NCBI GenBank assembly: GCA_049724395.1
Contig: JAUGWO010000045.1
Span: forward strand, 124,001-188,000
DNA length: 64,000 nt
Reading direction: 5' to 3'
Source: Spongospora subterranea f. sp. subterranea
Lineage: Eukaryota
The notes under the pieces are model-generated. The model searched no databases and was not told where the DNA came from. It was given only the letters and a program-made list of their open reading frames with translations. Shown here in pieces: positions 11,913-24,642 of the stretch. The position numbers and the translations under genes are program-made. How positions within the stretch are numbered: position 1 is the first letter of the stretch; every line of letters starts with the position of its first letter.

Positions 11913-13647
11913 ATGTGGAGTTTGGATCCAGACCGGGAGGCGGAACTGCTCGCGAATGAAGTGTTCAGCCGCTTGGACCTGAACGGGGATGGGACCCTCT
12001 CGGTCGAGGAGCTGTCGAGCGCCCTGGCAGCTCTGGGCCTGAGCGAATCGCAATGCACCGATCAGTGCAGGAAAATCATGAGAAAATCGACCATGGACAG
12101 GGCCGCGTTCGTGAAATTCTGCCGGAAACGAATCAGGATTATGCACAAGCTGTTCGAAGAAATCGACACGAAGAACACCCAATCTATCTCCTACGCTAGC
12201 ATTCGCCAGGCACTACGACGCGTCGGCCTTGAAGCCGATCAAGAGAAAATCCACCGACTGATAGATATGGTGGACAAGGACGGAGACCACAAAATATCGT
12301 TTGATGAATTTTACTCGGCATTGATGATATTACCGTCGGTATCGGTCGATGACCTGTTCCAGTACTGGGACCGAGCATCGCTCTGTGATCTTGGCGAGTC
12401 GTCGGCGATGGTTCCTCAACGAAAATCGCGCATCGTCTCCCCGTCCAACTCGTTCATCGCCGGCGGAGTCGCCGGCATCATCAGCCGGACGATGACAGCG
12501 CCCCTCGATCGCCTCAAGCTCATCCTCCAGGCGGAAACGTCGCCCTTGAGATCTCGCATCACTTTGTACAATAGTTTCAAGAAGATGACTCTGGAAGGTG
12601 GACTCACTGGATTATTTCGAGGGAATTTCGCCAACGGTAATCGATTCCGGTTCGTTGACCACGTATTTCCGAACTGATTCTGCGAAAATTTTCAGTGATC
12701 AAAGTGGCGCCTGAAAACGCCATCAAGGTCCCATATACCCAGATTGTGTCCCGTTGTCTGCTGACATTGGTCATTAGATGTGGGCGTTCGATGCTCTAGG
12801 TGGGTTCAACGACGCCGATCGAAGAAGCCCCATACATCAGTTCACGGTTGGCGCTATTGCGGGAACGGTCAGCCAAACTGTAGTATATGTAAGAGACGAA
12901 CAACTCTTCGTGATAATCATGACCCACTTCATTACAGCCCTTAGAAACGATCAAAACTCATTTCGCGCTTTCTCGCAAAGGTAGAGCCGTTTATGGTTTT
13001 GTTCGCTACAACACCCATGTTTGACGCGACCGTGCAGACCAATATAAAAGCCTGTCTGATTGCGCCAGCTCTATATTTGCTGGTCGTGGTGTTCGTGGCT
13101 TCTATAAAGGCCTGACAGCGGCGACCATGGGGATTGTTCCATACGCCGGTGTCGACCTATCCTTGTTCGCCTTCTTCCGCAAGACGTGGGAGTCGCGATA
13201 TCCCCACCGTAATCCTTCAGCCCTACAGTTATTGGGGTTTGGCGCCATCTCGAGCACATGTGGCCAGCTAGTCGCGTATTACATCAGGACTGTGTTTTGA
13301 CGGTTGTCAGTTACTGACCCTTTTTGCTTCTCCAAAGATACCCATTCCAGCTCATCAGAACACGCCTACAATGTCAGGGAATGCCAGGAAGGGATGTGAT
13401 TTACCAAGGGATGGCCGATTGCTTCCGGAAGACAATCGAATCCGATGGGTTGAAAGGGCTATATCGAGGTTTACAGCCGAATTTCTTGAAAGTAATAACT
13501 CCGGCAGTGTTTCGCGCTTTCGCCTCGTATTTATCCTGATTTTGTCAGGCTTTACCATCGATCAGCATTTCGTATGCTATTTACGACAATATGTATAGAT
13601 ATCTTGAAGCAAACGACGCCGATTCCCATGATCGCGACAGACATTAG
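11913..13647 (+). CDS. Ca2+-binding mitochondrial ATP-Mg/Pi carrier (SCaMC, SLC25A24-like)
   Basis: EF-hands DLNGDGTLSVEE and DKDGDHKISFDEF, followed by carrier repeats TAPLDRLK, GLFRGN, YPFQLIRTRLQ and GLYRGLQPNFLK. Confidence 0.93.
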
Positions 13648-13691
13648 TGCAGCACCTCAATGTTATAAAAACATATTAATTTATTACCAGT

Positions 13692-14906
13692 TCATTTAGG
13701 GGCGATGCACGACGAGATATTATCGGCCAGAAGTTTAGTCCCAGCACATAATATACGTCCAGAGACCATGCTAAATTCGGATCCATCATGATCCATCATA
13801 AACCCGCCCGCCTCGGTTAATATCAGCTGTGCGGCAGCAAAATCCCTAAGGTTTAGTCGAATCAGGGGTCAAACAAGGCGGCCAATATGAGAAACAACCA
13901 TGGTTTTGGGCCTTGTTTCGATGAAAGACCCTCGTAGTACGCATCAGCCCGGCCACAAGCAACGCTGCACATATTCAGAGCACCTAGATCACGACCGATG
14001 TCAACGAAAGTTATATGGGATTTCCCATACCGATTCGTCACTCACAACTGCCGAAAAACCGAACACTTTGGACCTCGTTCATGAGTAGTGCCCTCATTCG
14101 CGACAACATCGTATCAACCGCTGCAAATTGGGAGCAGATTCAGACACAAATGGGAAGTGATGAACCTGACGATCACTACATTGACGATCTCGTGCATATC
14201 CGAATTCACTGATCAGCAACGCCTCACTCAATTTCGTAATCGAAGACACAGATATCGGTTTCCCATTGAGGTGTGCGCCACCGCCAATCCTACGCCAATT
14301 AGGTCTCAGTCTGTCGATATCGTGATCTCGTCGGAACTTACTTTGCGGAGAACAATTCGTTCAAGATGGGATTGTACACGATGCCCACAACCTGTCGACC
14401 CCCAATTGAGCAGCCGATTGAGACGCACGTCCATGGAATCGAGTGCACGAAATTATTGGTTCCTGGGTTGGAGATTAGATGGCGCATAAGCAATGGAGTC
14501 TTGGGCGTCGACCGTCAATAGGGTCGATAAACCATGTCATATTATCAGATAAATCATAGGTTCCAGTTCCGGCATCACGTTCCTCGGCGATGATTGTTGC
14601 ATTGGGGAACACGTTCACGATCATGTTGATGATCATTTCTTCACACGCCTTATCATGTTCGGTCACCTATCATAACCATAAGATCGCAGAAAACGCCTCG
14701 GTTCAGGCATCCCGTATAGTACCAGATCGGCAATTGACGATTTTGTAGTTATGTGTTTGCAACTGTGGAACGCGGTGAGGATATACTCCCCCGCTTTATG
14801 AGCGCATTCTTCGGCCTGCAATCCCGATCAGCGCAATGGATAATGGTCGTCGTGCAAATACCAATTGCAATATGGCGTTTATATCATGATCATGGACGGT
14901 CGTCAT
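13692..14906 (-). CDS. Inositol monophosphatase
   Basis: Spliced reading [30 protein letters not shown] and [16 protein letters not shown]. Confidence 0.9.
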
Positions 14907-15043
14907 CCACCGCTCCTGTTCCTAATTTCGTACACACCCGGATCACACTGACCGACACGGGATGAAATAGCCGGAAATCTACAGTGATGGCGGACAATGT
15001 TACTCGACTAGTCCAAGTCAATCGTCATATTAAAATAGATTGT

Positions 15044-17755
15044 TTATTCCCATATGAGAGGGCTGAATGTAAAGTCGGGCGGCAGCTTGCGTCTGGCAGA
15101 TGCAGATGGTGCAGAGGCTCGATTTGATGTTAGGGATGAGGTTGATCTCGCAAAGGGTTTTGTAGAAATCGGCTTTGCTGTTGTCGGTGAGGGTGGTTTG
15201 GAAACTGAGTCAGCTGGTACAACCGAAGAAGATGGTGACGGTTGGCTGGATATTGGTTCAGCTGATATTTCAGAAGGTGGCAATTCAAATTCTGCTGTTA
15301 TCGTTGAAGGTGTACACGAAATCGTTTCTGCAGACGGTTGGTTGGATATTAGTTGAGCGGATGTTTCAGAAGGTGGCAATTTAGATTCTGCTGTTATTGT
15401 TGACGGTGTACACGAAATCGTTTCTGCAGACGGTTGGCTGGATATTAGTTGAGCTGATGTTTCAGAAGGTGACGATTTAGTTTCCGCTGTTGTTGATGGC
15501 GGTGGGTAAGACGCCTGGTGCAATTTCCAAGGCTTATGATCCGTTCTTGATGGCGTGAAGGCCCCCGGCTCTTGCCCGTTCCTGAGCGCCAATCTTGAAT
15601 TGCGCAACTGCTCCTTCTCGAATGCATCCAGCTCCACGATTCTTCTGCAAGGCCTATCGAATTTGAAGGGGATTTCACCGGTCTCGCCGTCATACCGGTT
15701 CTTCTGCAACGAAATATAACGGACTTCTTTGCAAGCATCGGACGCTTGTAAAATGAAAACGTTATCAGCTTCTTGGGTTGCACGTGCAGACCCAAACACT
15801 GACGAGACAGATAATGATTGACCAGCAGCTTCTTTTCTCGGATGGATCACCAACGTAATGTGCACATTGTAGATAGTTGCAAATTTTCGGAGAAGGCTGA
15901 TTGCTTGCTCTTGAACATCAAATTTGGAACCTCCGACAGGATTAGCTCCCAACATAAATTGAAGATTATCTAGAAGAATATGGTCAACGTCATGAACATA
16001 AACAGCATATTTCATCGCCTCCAGTACTTGATGGATGTCCGTGGAACCAAAGAACTAACAGCATTGACTCAGAGAAACTCCAGTAATCGAGTTGCAAATT
16101 CACTTTATACCTTGAGAAAGTACAAAGGTAGAGTCTGAAACCGTTCAAATAATTCTTCGAATTTTGTTCGTGCCAGCTCTAGAGACTTCCCCTCAAGTTG
16201 CTCAATCATATTTTTAGCCAACCGATGATTCTTGATCTCAAAGCTCCCCCAGAGCGTATTGACGCCTTGAGTGCATAGATCAAGGGACATTTGCGACAAA
16301 ATCGTTGTCTTGCCTAACCCTGTTGGACCAGTGAAAACTGTCAACTCCCCTTTACGAATGCCCTTTCAGTAGCGCTTGCAAAGTTGGCAAAGTCGCAAAG
16401 GGGACACCTATGTATTTGGACCCATACAAAACTTCGTCAAGGACATCTGCGCGAAGATCAGCGATTCCCAGGATCTGTTCATGTTGCGGTCGTGCTGCCG
16501 ATTTGATCAGATCGGCAATTGAAACCGATTTAAGTAACGCTTCATTGGCGTCTTTTGGTCCATTTGCCATTCCCCGCTTTGACCTTACAATTCTGCATCG
16601 CTTGAGACCTAGTTTCTTGGAAAATTTGAGTACGCCTTCTTGACCGGGAATATCATCATCTATGATCAATGTCAAATTGACGCTAACGACTGGAGATTGA
16701 AGCTATACCCATCCAGAGTATAATCGTCTTGAAACGTTCCAAACAGGGTAGAATGTTAATAGGTAAAGATCGAGCTCCATTAGGAAGGCTAACGGCAAGC
16801 AACCCAGTGGCTTGATAAACAGACATGGCATCAAATTCCCCCTCGGTAATTACGATTTCCTCAGCCGAAGCGGATATGGTATGCCAACCGAATAGGCCCC
16901 AAGCACCGCCCCGTGGTTCCAGCCGTTGGTTTGATTTCTTCACGATGCTGCGATATTTCAACCGATCTACATATATTGGACCAAACCCGATGTCTTCCAC
17001 CTATTGAAGTTATGTATATGATGAACGTTGGGTGACAATATCATACCATGCGAGCCCAAGGGAAAGTAATGCACTTTTCTTTGTTCCACAATCCTGTCGT
17101 TTCGTTGGCGAAATGAGCTTCGTCAACTCCGACGCCATACTTTTCCAGAACCTCAAGTGACAGACCTCTTGATTTCGTCAAGTACTCAAGGACATCAGGA
17201 TGGCTACGAAGATTTGACCTAGAAATCGCCGCCTTGGTTTGGTCAACTTGTGGTAAGGCAGTGGTAAGAGATGGTTTCAAAAACAAATTGTTAGCTGAGG
17301 TAACTTCTGCGGCATCATCAAGGTGGCGCGTGAAGTCGAAAAAACTACAATTGAGGCCACACCGATGACAGTAGCATCTGCCGCTATCCACCTGATTCCG
17401 CCGTGTAAGACGATTTGAAAAGAGCAGTTGAAAATAGTCTAACCCAAATATATAGTTTCCATAAGTTATCGGCCGCATTCTTATGGGGATGGCAGAATGG
17501 ACATTCTTTGACTACAAGACGATCACCAGCGGATCTAAACAGTAGTTGTTTTTTCCTTAAATAAGCTGCAACTTCGTCGTCAGATAGCTGATAATGAGAA
17601 GAAACATAGGTTGATGAAGAACGGGCATCACGTCGCGATTTCACTGGAACACATGACGACATAGTCGGCAAAGACGCTGAGCAAACGCTGCGATGAAGCC
17701 GATGGCGCCAGGCCCCCAGACGTTGAGATAATACCCGACTGTTACATAATAGCAT
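15044..17755 (-). CDS. TWNK: Twinkle-like mitochondrial primase-helicase
   Basis: Zn-binding CPFC...[19 protein letters not shown] and KDANE, Walker [31 protein letters not shown] and [10 protein letters not shown]-terminal presequence. Apparent +1 indel at 16357-16358. Confidence 0.95.
15235..15490 (-). repeat. 96-bp (32-aa) tandem repeat, about 2.6 copies, in the Twinkle C-terminal tail
   Basis: Unit [32 protein letters not shown], with near-identical DNA copies. Confidence 0.9.
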
Positions 17756-19608
17756 TATGATCTAGGTGAGCTGGTTACTGATAGTGTCGCAATCAATTGA
17801 GCACCAGATTTACTGATACTGTCTCAACCGATTTCGCAAGCACGAGGTTCCCGCTGCTGAGCAGCGAAAATTTGTGCGGCAAAAATTGTACAGCGAAATA
17901 GTCCGGCGTCGATTGAGCCGTCATTCCAGTTCTCAAGTTCGAAGGAAATCCACATCGTTTTACCAATTTCATAGCCCTTAATGGCGTTTTTGCTGCTGCT
18001 GATGCAATAGACGCTATTCAGAGCACTGATGATGGTAACATATGACAGTCATTTTGTGACATTGAAAACGCCCCGTGAAATTTGGAATATTTATATAGGT
18101 GTGTCGAATATTTATGAAATCCTCACTGCAATCTGTACTCATCTAAAGCATTCGAATAGGTATTCTTCAAATGGTCGCACATCGTCAATAGCGTGTTTAG
18201 AGATGACCGGAGCTCATGGGTTGCGAGTGCGCCTGTGGTTTGAACCCGAATGTTCATTCGATGCTCGGTAGGATGAGGAACGGAATAACCACAAAATTCG
18301 ACATTCAGACTGCGCGTTTACAAGAGTTTTCAGCTTCATTCTTTAGCCAACAATCTCCCGTTTTCTAACCTTTTTGCCATAATAAACCTCAGCGCGTTTC
18401 CAAGAGTATGATCTTCCTTTTCGATAAGAAATGTCATGCACGTCTCATCGGCATTACCTTCCTATACCCGCGACAACCCATTAGTCCTAATTTCAGAGCA
18501 AGAATGCCAGCCATACAAGTTGCAATTTCGGAATCCGATCCCGTCGTGGTGTCGGATCCATGAGCAAACCGAATTCGATTTCCGGCCAATGACTGGCAAA
18601 ACTCCGTCACGGTGTTCCGATAGTAATGCCCCAGCGGCGCTGAGGGCAAATATGCGTGTTCCTCGTGGTGGACGGTGGACCTCTGTATTGCCAAATATTT
18701 GTAGCGAAACAAGTTGAATTGAGAGACGCCAAGTCTCAACAGCTCGCCGGCGTATGTGATTTCTACTTTATATGCCGAATTTTTTCACCACAATGAAATT
18801 ACGCTGGTTGCTGGGTTACAGATGTTTGGCGATACAACGTAGCATTATTATGATTTACTCTCCATGAAAAGAGGAATCACTATTCAGACTTGATTTACTC
18901 AACATCAGACAGGTTGATGTTTGCATGTGGGTTAGGTATGCTTCGTACAACTAATCCAATCCAGGCATCCGTAGAACTATAACCTGTCAAATTGTGTCCC
19001 CAAGCTTAGTATCGTCACCGTCGTGGTCATTTTCGGTATCGATTATGGTTTTCTCAATTGGTTCTTTAAGCATCCGTATCTGCTAGATGAGCTGATTGAT
19101 TAACTTTATCGGCATCGATAGTAAAATTTCGCGGCCAAAATTCTCCAGCCAGATTCGATACAATGGAAAGTCCCGGCGGAGTCGACTTCCATGATCTCTC
19201 CAACGACCCATTACGTGGTGGTAAGCTCTCTACCCACCAACAAACATGAAGCCCTGTGAAAGCAGCAAACACCATCGGGAAGGTGCTGCATCATATACTA
19301 CTAATCTTCAATCAGTATTAAGGTGCCCACTTTGACGATCCCATGCCGTTCCCTCTGCAGCTGTACCTGCAGGTGCTGCACGTAAGGAATGCGTCTAGGG
19401 TCTTCCAAGTGGGCACCGTAATATTGATTGAAGATTATGATGTGATGCAGCACCTGTGTTTGCTGCCGCGTTCGCAGCTTGCCGCGAGGCAGACATTTGA
19501 CTGATTGTTCCAAAATACGAGCAATGCTAAATGAACATATTAATATTATTTTACTACAAAGCAATTGCAGAGCATATTTAAACGTTTACGCCGAGTGACG
19601 CGTTTCGA

Positions 19609-20200
19609 CTATGTGCGTAGAATTGGAATCTGTTGCATATGATATCCGAAACGGATTCTCTTGTTAGTCTGGGGATCCTGGATTGGATCTGAACCCCTAG
19701 GCCAACAGCAAAGCCACCTTGTTTTTCGGACTGGCAACTCTACGATTGCGGGCAATTCTTTTGTCATGCTGCGAGCTTGCTTTTTGCGTTGTTTCAGACG
19801 CGCTCGTACTTGTTCCAGACGTTGTTTAGCCTCTGCAGTAGATTCGGTTTTTGACCGGTGATATACTCCTCCTTCGGTTTGTTGACGCCGCAGTCTAGAA
19901 GGGGATGTGCCTGCCATTAGGTTTAGCCGATCAGAGAGAGTAGGAAAGGCATTCCAACATTACAAGACCTCGCGATGATGACTTCCCAGCATCATCTGTT
20001 GATGGCGATTGTGCTTCAGACGCAATAGAACGCTGCGTAGGCTCGGCGGCAATCCGATTACTCATCCACAACTGTCTCCTTTTGCCCCCTCCATCAACGC
20101 CCGTCATGTGGCGATCGGCCACCAAAATCCAATTATACTGGAACGGTGTTCCGTGTACAGTTAACGATTGTACGATACAAAGGATACAAAGATTGATCAA
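19609..20200 (-). CDS. Hypothetical two-exon basic protein, possibly secreted
   Basis: A GT-AG intron (about 19912-19968) joins ...KSSSR to GTSPSRLRRQQ... in frame. The hydrophobic N-terminal stretch lacks a clear ATG. Confidence 0.4.
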
Positions 20201-20815
20201 TCAATGGTCAGAGGTCCCTGTGACTGCATCCTTCGTGGCGGTCCTTTTGCCTCCTCAATCAGCGGAGGCTTCGTGCGAATTTGTCGCCGTTGCCAACGGA
20301 CTGAATTTGCGGTTTGTGGACACCTACACCCAGGTGACCCCACAACCTCTCAGTCTTCTTCGGATCACCACTGTCGGTTAGCTGCAAGAGGTACAGTTCA
20401 TTCGAGTGCAGCTCGTTTGCATTGAGGGAGGGCCTACAGGGTGGGCGTTTCGTTCCTTGATTTCCGCGGATAAGTTGAAGTACTGTACGTACACGAAAAT
20501 GTTTTCCAGAAAATTGTTTAGCTCTTAGACTGTCTGAAGTTTGTAAAAGGTAAATAGCTTCTGTCACGCCGTCCACTGTACCCTGATCCGTCTAAACGTT
20601 CCTGTCGAGTTCCGGTACATCCCTATCCTCTTCCGCCTAAACCCTATCCTGCTTTCTAGAATTCTGTGGCCCGGCCCGACATTTCTGGTGTATCGAACTC
20701 CAAAGTGGATACCGTTGAAATCAAACAGATCGCAACAGCACTTTGTGTCTCGCTGCCTTCAATATTGCTGCTTTTTCATGTCTCACGGCTATGCGCGTTT
20801 GACTAAATTACATCA

Positions 20816-21389
20816 TGCTTGGTACTGCTTCCTCAAATCTTTATTCATAGATGGTGCGTAAACCTTGAACGATTTCTTCAGATAATCAACAACTGGAGTT
20901 TGGGGAGGTGATGAAGAGAAAGAAGGGGCTGACTAAGCTACTCGACTGTGCTGCTAAGGCTGACGTAGATGAGTATAAAATAAATTAGACTATGGTACTA
21001 CGCCTGTTTTTAGGTTGGACTTGAATAAATCAATTCGAAGTCAACGTATTTCAATGCGAATGACAGAGGCTTTGCATCATCGCAAGTGCAAACACGTGTT
21101 GTAATGTGTATTGCAAAAGCGAGGGCGGACGCAGTTTGCAAGAATACCCACGCAGGACTCTGGACGTCGGCTGGAAAGTGGAACCTCTCAAATGCATATT
21201 GATGTCCAAATGAATCATCTTCGGGACAGTCCAACTAGGTACAACTCAGCGCATTGTGTGGCCCATAAAGTAATTCTGGCAGTGCTTTTACAGGACCGTC
21301 GAAGCGATCAGACACATTTCAGTGCCTTGAAAGCTGAATTCAATCAGGTCATTGAACACATCAGACATGATGAAGCAATTTCTGATTGA
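20816..21389 (+). CDS. Hypothetical small multi-exon protein
   Basis: Plausible short GT-AG introns join ML-DNQQLEFGEVMKRKKGL...-LDLNKSIRSQR.... No recognisable motif. Confidence 0.3.
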
Positions 21390-21497
21390 GTTTTGAGAGT
21401 AAATACAACAAAATCAAAATTACGAATCGGTGTCACTACGGTTGTCCCCTCGGAGTCACACGGAGTCCGTGGCTGGTCATTTCGTAATCCCCAGAGA

Positions 21498-22190
21498 ATG
21501 GCTAGATTAAAATACCTCACCGTTGCTTTATCTCCAGATTCTGAATCGGCCAATCGACGATATATTCCTTATCAGCTCGCTGGAGCTGATGGCCTGACAA
21601 TTGTAGCATCTAATATTCCTTACATCTTCACAGATACTGATGTATCCGAATTATTCTCATGCTTCGGAACGGTTACGTGTTGTGCATCGGTTGACAATAG
21701 TGATTCATTCGCACCAAGAAAGGTTTCTATTACATATGAATCCAAGAGTTGTATCGACCGTGCTCAAGAATTCGATTTCGCTAATGCATGTCAGCCATAT
21801 CTTGCCGGGCAAAGATGTACAGGAATCGAAAAATGGCAGCAGGATTATCGCGACAGTATTCCCGACGCTTCAAGTTTGATGGACACCGTTAATGCATTCA
21901 TGAACGCATTCGATGTTGAGCAGTCGTCCAGGAAGAAAGGTGCAGCGATCATCGACGAGGATGGTTTCAAAATGGTTTCTGCTCGCCGCAACAACAAGAA
22001 GCGTATTCTCCCTATGAAGGCCCCCATAGTACATGAAAAACTACCAAAAGTTCTCGTATCAGCGTCATTCTACTCCAAAAACAGCGGTAAATCAGACAAG
22101 GTAAAGGAGTTGGCTCACATTCGGTCGCAGTTCGCCGCTGATAAACTGAAAATTCAAGAAATGCGGTCGAAGAGGGTTTTTAAGCCATAA
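21498..22190 (+). CDS. RRP7: Ribosomal RNA processing protein 7 (RRM plus RRP7 domain)
   Basis: RRM-like TIVASNIP...LFSCFG, then G.EKW...Y...P, DEDGF..V and C-terminal RSQFAADKLKIQEMRSKRVFKP. Confidence 0.88.
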   Translation: MARLKYLTVALSPDSESANRRYIPYQLAGADGLTIVASNIPYIFTDTDVSELFSCFGTVTCCASVDNSDSFAPRKVSITYESKSCIDRAQEFDFANACQPYLAGQRCTGIEKWQQDYRDSIPDASSLMDTVNAFMNAFDVEQSSRKKGAAIIDEDGFKMVSARRNNKKRILPMKAPIVHEKLPKVLVSASFYSKNSGKSDKVKELAHIRSQFAADKLKIQEMRSKRVFKP

Positions 22191-22606
22191 TACAGCCTGT
22201 AATATTCATCATAGAAGTTCACCTTTCCAACACCATCCCCTTGGCGTTCCGATGCCCCATCATAGAGCAACATCACAGCACACAACGGGTATCATAACCA
22301 CACAGTGGATCGCCCGACTGTTGTAGGTAACAGTACAGTAGTGTATTGAAACACCCCACCAGTGACGATGAGCCCTTATTGGTTTACTCCAGTGCACCAT
22401 TCATATCCTGCCCATAGGGTTTCCGATTCCTCAATTCCTCGTCTAGGTCTTGGCTCATTTCTCTAAGATCTCACCTTCCACGGCTTCTGTTCGCGTGCCC
22501 TTGGAACAAACATTCTGGAATACTGATTTCTAGTTGGACCTGTAAGTTTCGAAACTCGATCAACCCGTACTCGTCGACCCGAATCACTGCTGTTCATTTA
22601 GTAACC

Positions 22607-23771
22607 ATGAGCCGCCGTTCAGAAATTCAGCCGTCACCAGTGACTTCAGTTCATTTCCATTCGGATTGCGGCACTGAATTGGGAGCTTTTGTAAACAATC
22701 CGTATTTGCATGACCTCACTATTCTATGTGGCAATCAAGCATTCTTTGCTCACACTGATATTTTGCGGGCACGCTGCGAAACTTTGCATAACATGTTCAA
22801 CCAATCACCTACTAATGTCATGGAAATCGAGACCGATCCTGCAGTTATTCTCCATCTTTTGAAGTACCTCTACACGGACCGGTTTCCAGACATATCTGTT
22901 CCAGCTGAAGTTATTGAACTATTGAGGCTAGCTAAACAGTTGGCGCTACAGGATCTGATTTATCAATTTAAAGCTTCGCTTCCACGATGTAATCAGGGAT
23001 CGCGATTCTGCTGATAGACGGTCACCCCAAAGAGATTCAGAAACATTCGAAGGAGAAGGGGAATCTGACTCTTTCACGATCACTCGCCAAACCAAACAAT
23101 ATGTCGAACCATTCCTTACTGCATCCCGATTTGACGGCAAAGTTACTGTGGTCGTTGGACAGTATAAGTTCAGAAGGCAGAGTGCTGTTTTATTGGCAGC
23201 AAGATCAACCTGGTTTGCCGAGCATATTGACAGTGTTGACGGCACTGTTGACGCTTCTTTTATTCCAGTCATGCAAGTGGCGCTATTATTGCGATTCCTA
23301 CGAATGGAGGGCTACGAGACTATAGAATCGTTCTCGATGGCTATGGAGACCATGCATTGGTCGTGGGTGATGGGAGCCCATTCTCTTCAATCTTGGGTTG
23401 AGCATGTTGTTGTTACCCGCTACCTGAATTGCACGAACGTCTGCCAGATATGGTCGTCTCCGTCATGCAGCGAATACTTATCCGAACGTTGTATGCAGTT
23501 TTTCCAAGATAACTTCATGGATTGCGCAACATCGTCTGGGTTTCTTAATTTGCGACCTGAATTGATGAAAGCGGCTCTGAATGGGGGACACATTGATGCT
23601 GATACAATTTCCATGATGGCGGCTCTGAGACGTTGGGCTCATATCAACGCTGCACATCCCAACGAAAGTGAACAGGTTTTATCGACTCTCCTCCCACCCA
23701 ACACTATGTTCAACATGATCAACCGAATGACCATTCTCGGAGTGAATCGTCGACCCATCACTATGTACTGA
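22607..23771 (+). CDS. Tandem BTB/POZ (plus BACK-like) protein
   Basis: First BTB DLTILCGNQAFFAHTDILRARC...LLKYLYTD; second BTB-like VLLAARSTWF; BACK-like LNCTNVCQIW...FLNL. The two ORFs join through a probable +1 indel near 22981. Confidence 0.8.
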
Positions 23772-24642
23772 TTACATTTCAAAACGTTTTTTTGCCATTC
23801 CAGATTTCGTTAGGCAATACATAACTTATTCCTAAGAACCCTATACCGTGGTACCTAGAATCTTTGTCATGCATATGACGATCTTCGCAATCTGGGTTTT
23901 GTGAAAATGCAGGACAAAATCGTTTAAAAAATCGCGATCCACGAAGCAGTCCTGTATCTCATGTGCACCGATCGACAATCACGAATGCATTTTTATGAGC
24001 TAGAAGAGTCGCCGATGGAGATACGGAACAGGGTGAAAGTTTCAGCAGAATATTGAAGTTGTCATACTTGTGGAGCTGGCATCCACGCCGCAATGCCGAA
24101 GCCGGAAGGCGGTTTCTGTTAGCGTGGTATTTACGTGTGTCTGCGTACTTAGTATAATAACTGGCATTGAGGTCGATTTTGTTTTGATTCAATCCACCGC
24201 CGTTCCGTGCATGTGGCTATGAATACTTTGCGACCTTCGTAACAGTTTACCGGTACCCAGAAACCCTAAAACTGCTCCATGACTCCACCAAAAGCACATG
24301 CTATTATAAACAGGTTCACTGGATGGTCCTCTCCACCCCGCAAATACCGGAAGGCAATAAAACTACTTACCACGGCTTGAGTGGTAATTGTACTTTACAG
24401 GTACCGTGTGCGAGTTCAATCCCACACAGTCGTCAGTTTACGCACTGCCAGGTACGCGTGCCCGCGTCACCAGCTGATCCTGCAGACCTGCAACGGGCAT
24501 CAGTCAGTGGCATATGCAGTTTTCCTGATATCATGAACTGTACTATAGTCATTACCAACAGTCGATAAGCGGTGTTCGTCGCGGTTCATTTCTGGCCATC
24601 ATATCTGATGGTTAACGAATCACGACCTTCGTTTCGGCGCAC

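Noticed and set aside
16340..16370. Euplotes-type programmed +1 frameshift or stop-codon reassignment
   Set aside because: The break sites share no AAA-stop motif, the conserved Arg needs removal of a base before the stop, and genes elsewhere end normally at TAA, TAG and TGA.
17776..17833. Imperfect ~24-bp direct repeat upstream of Twinkle
   Set aside because: Two short degenerate copies are not enough to assign a function.
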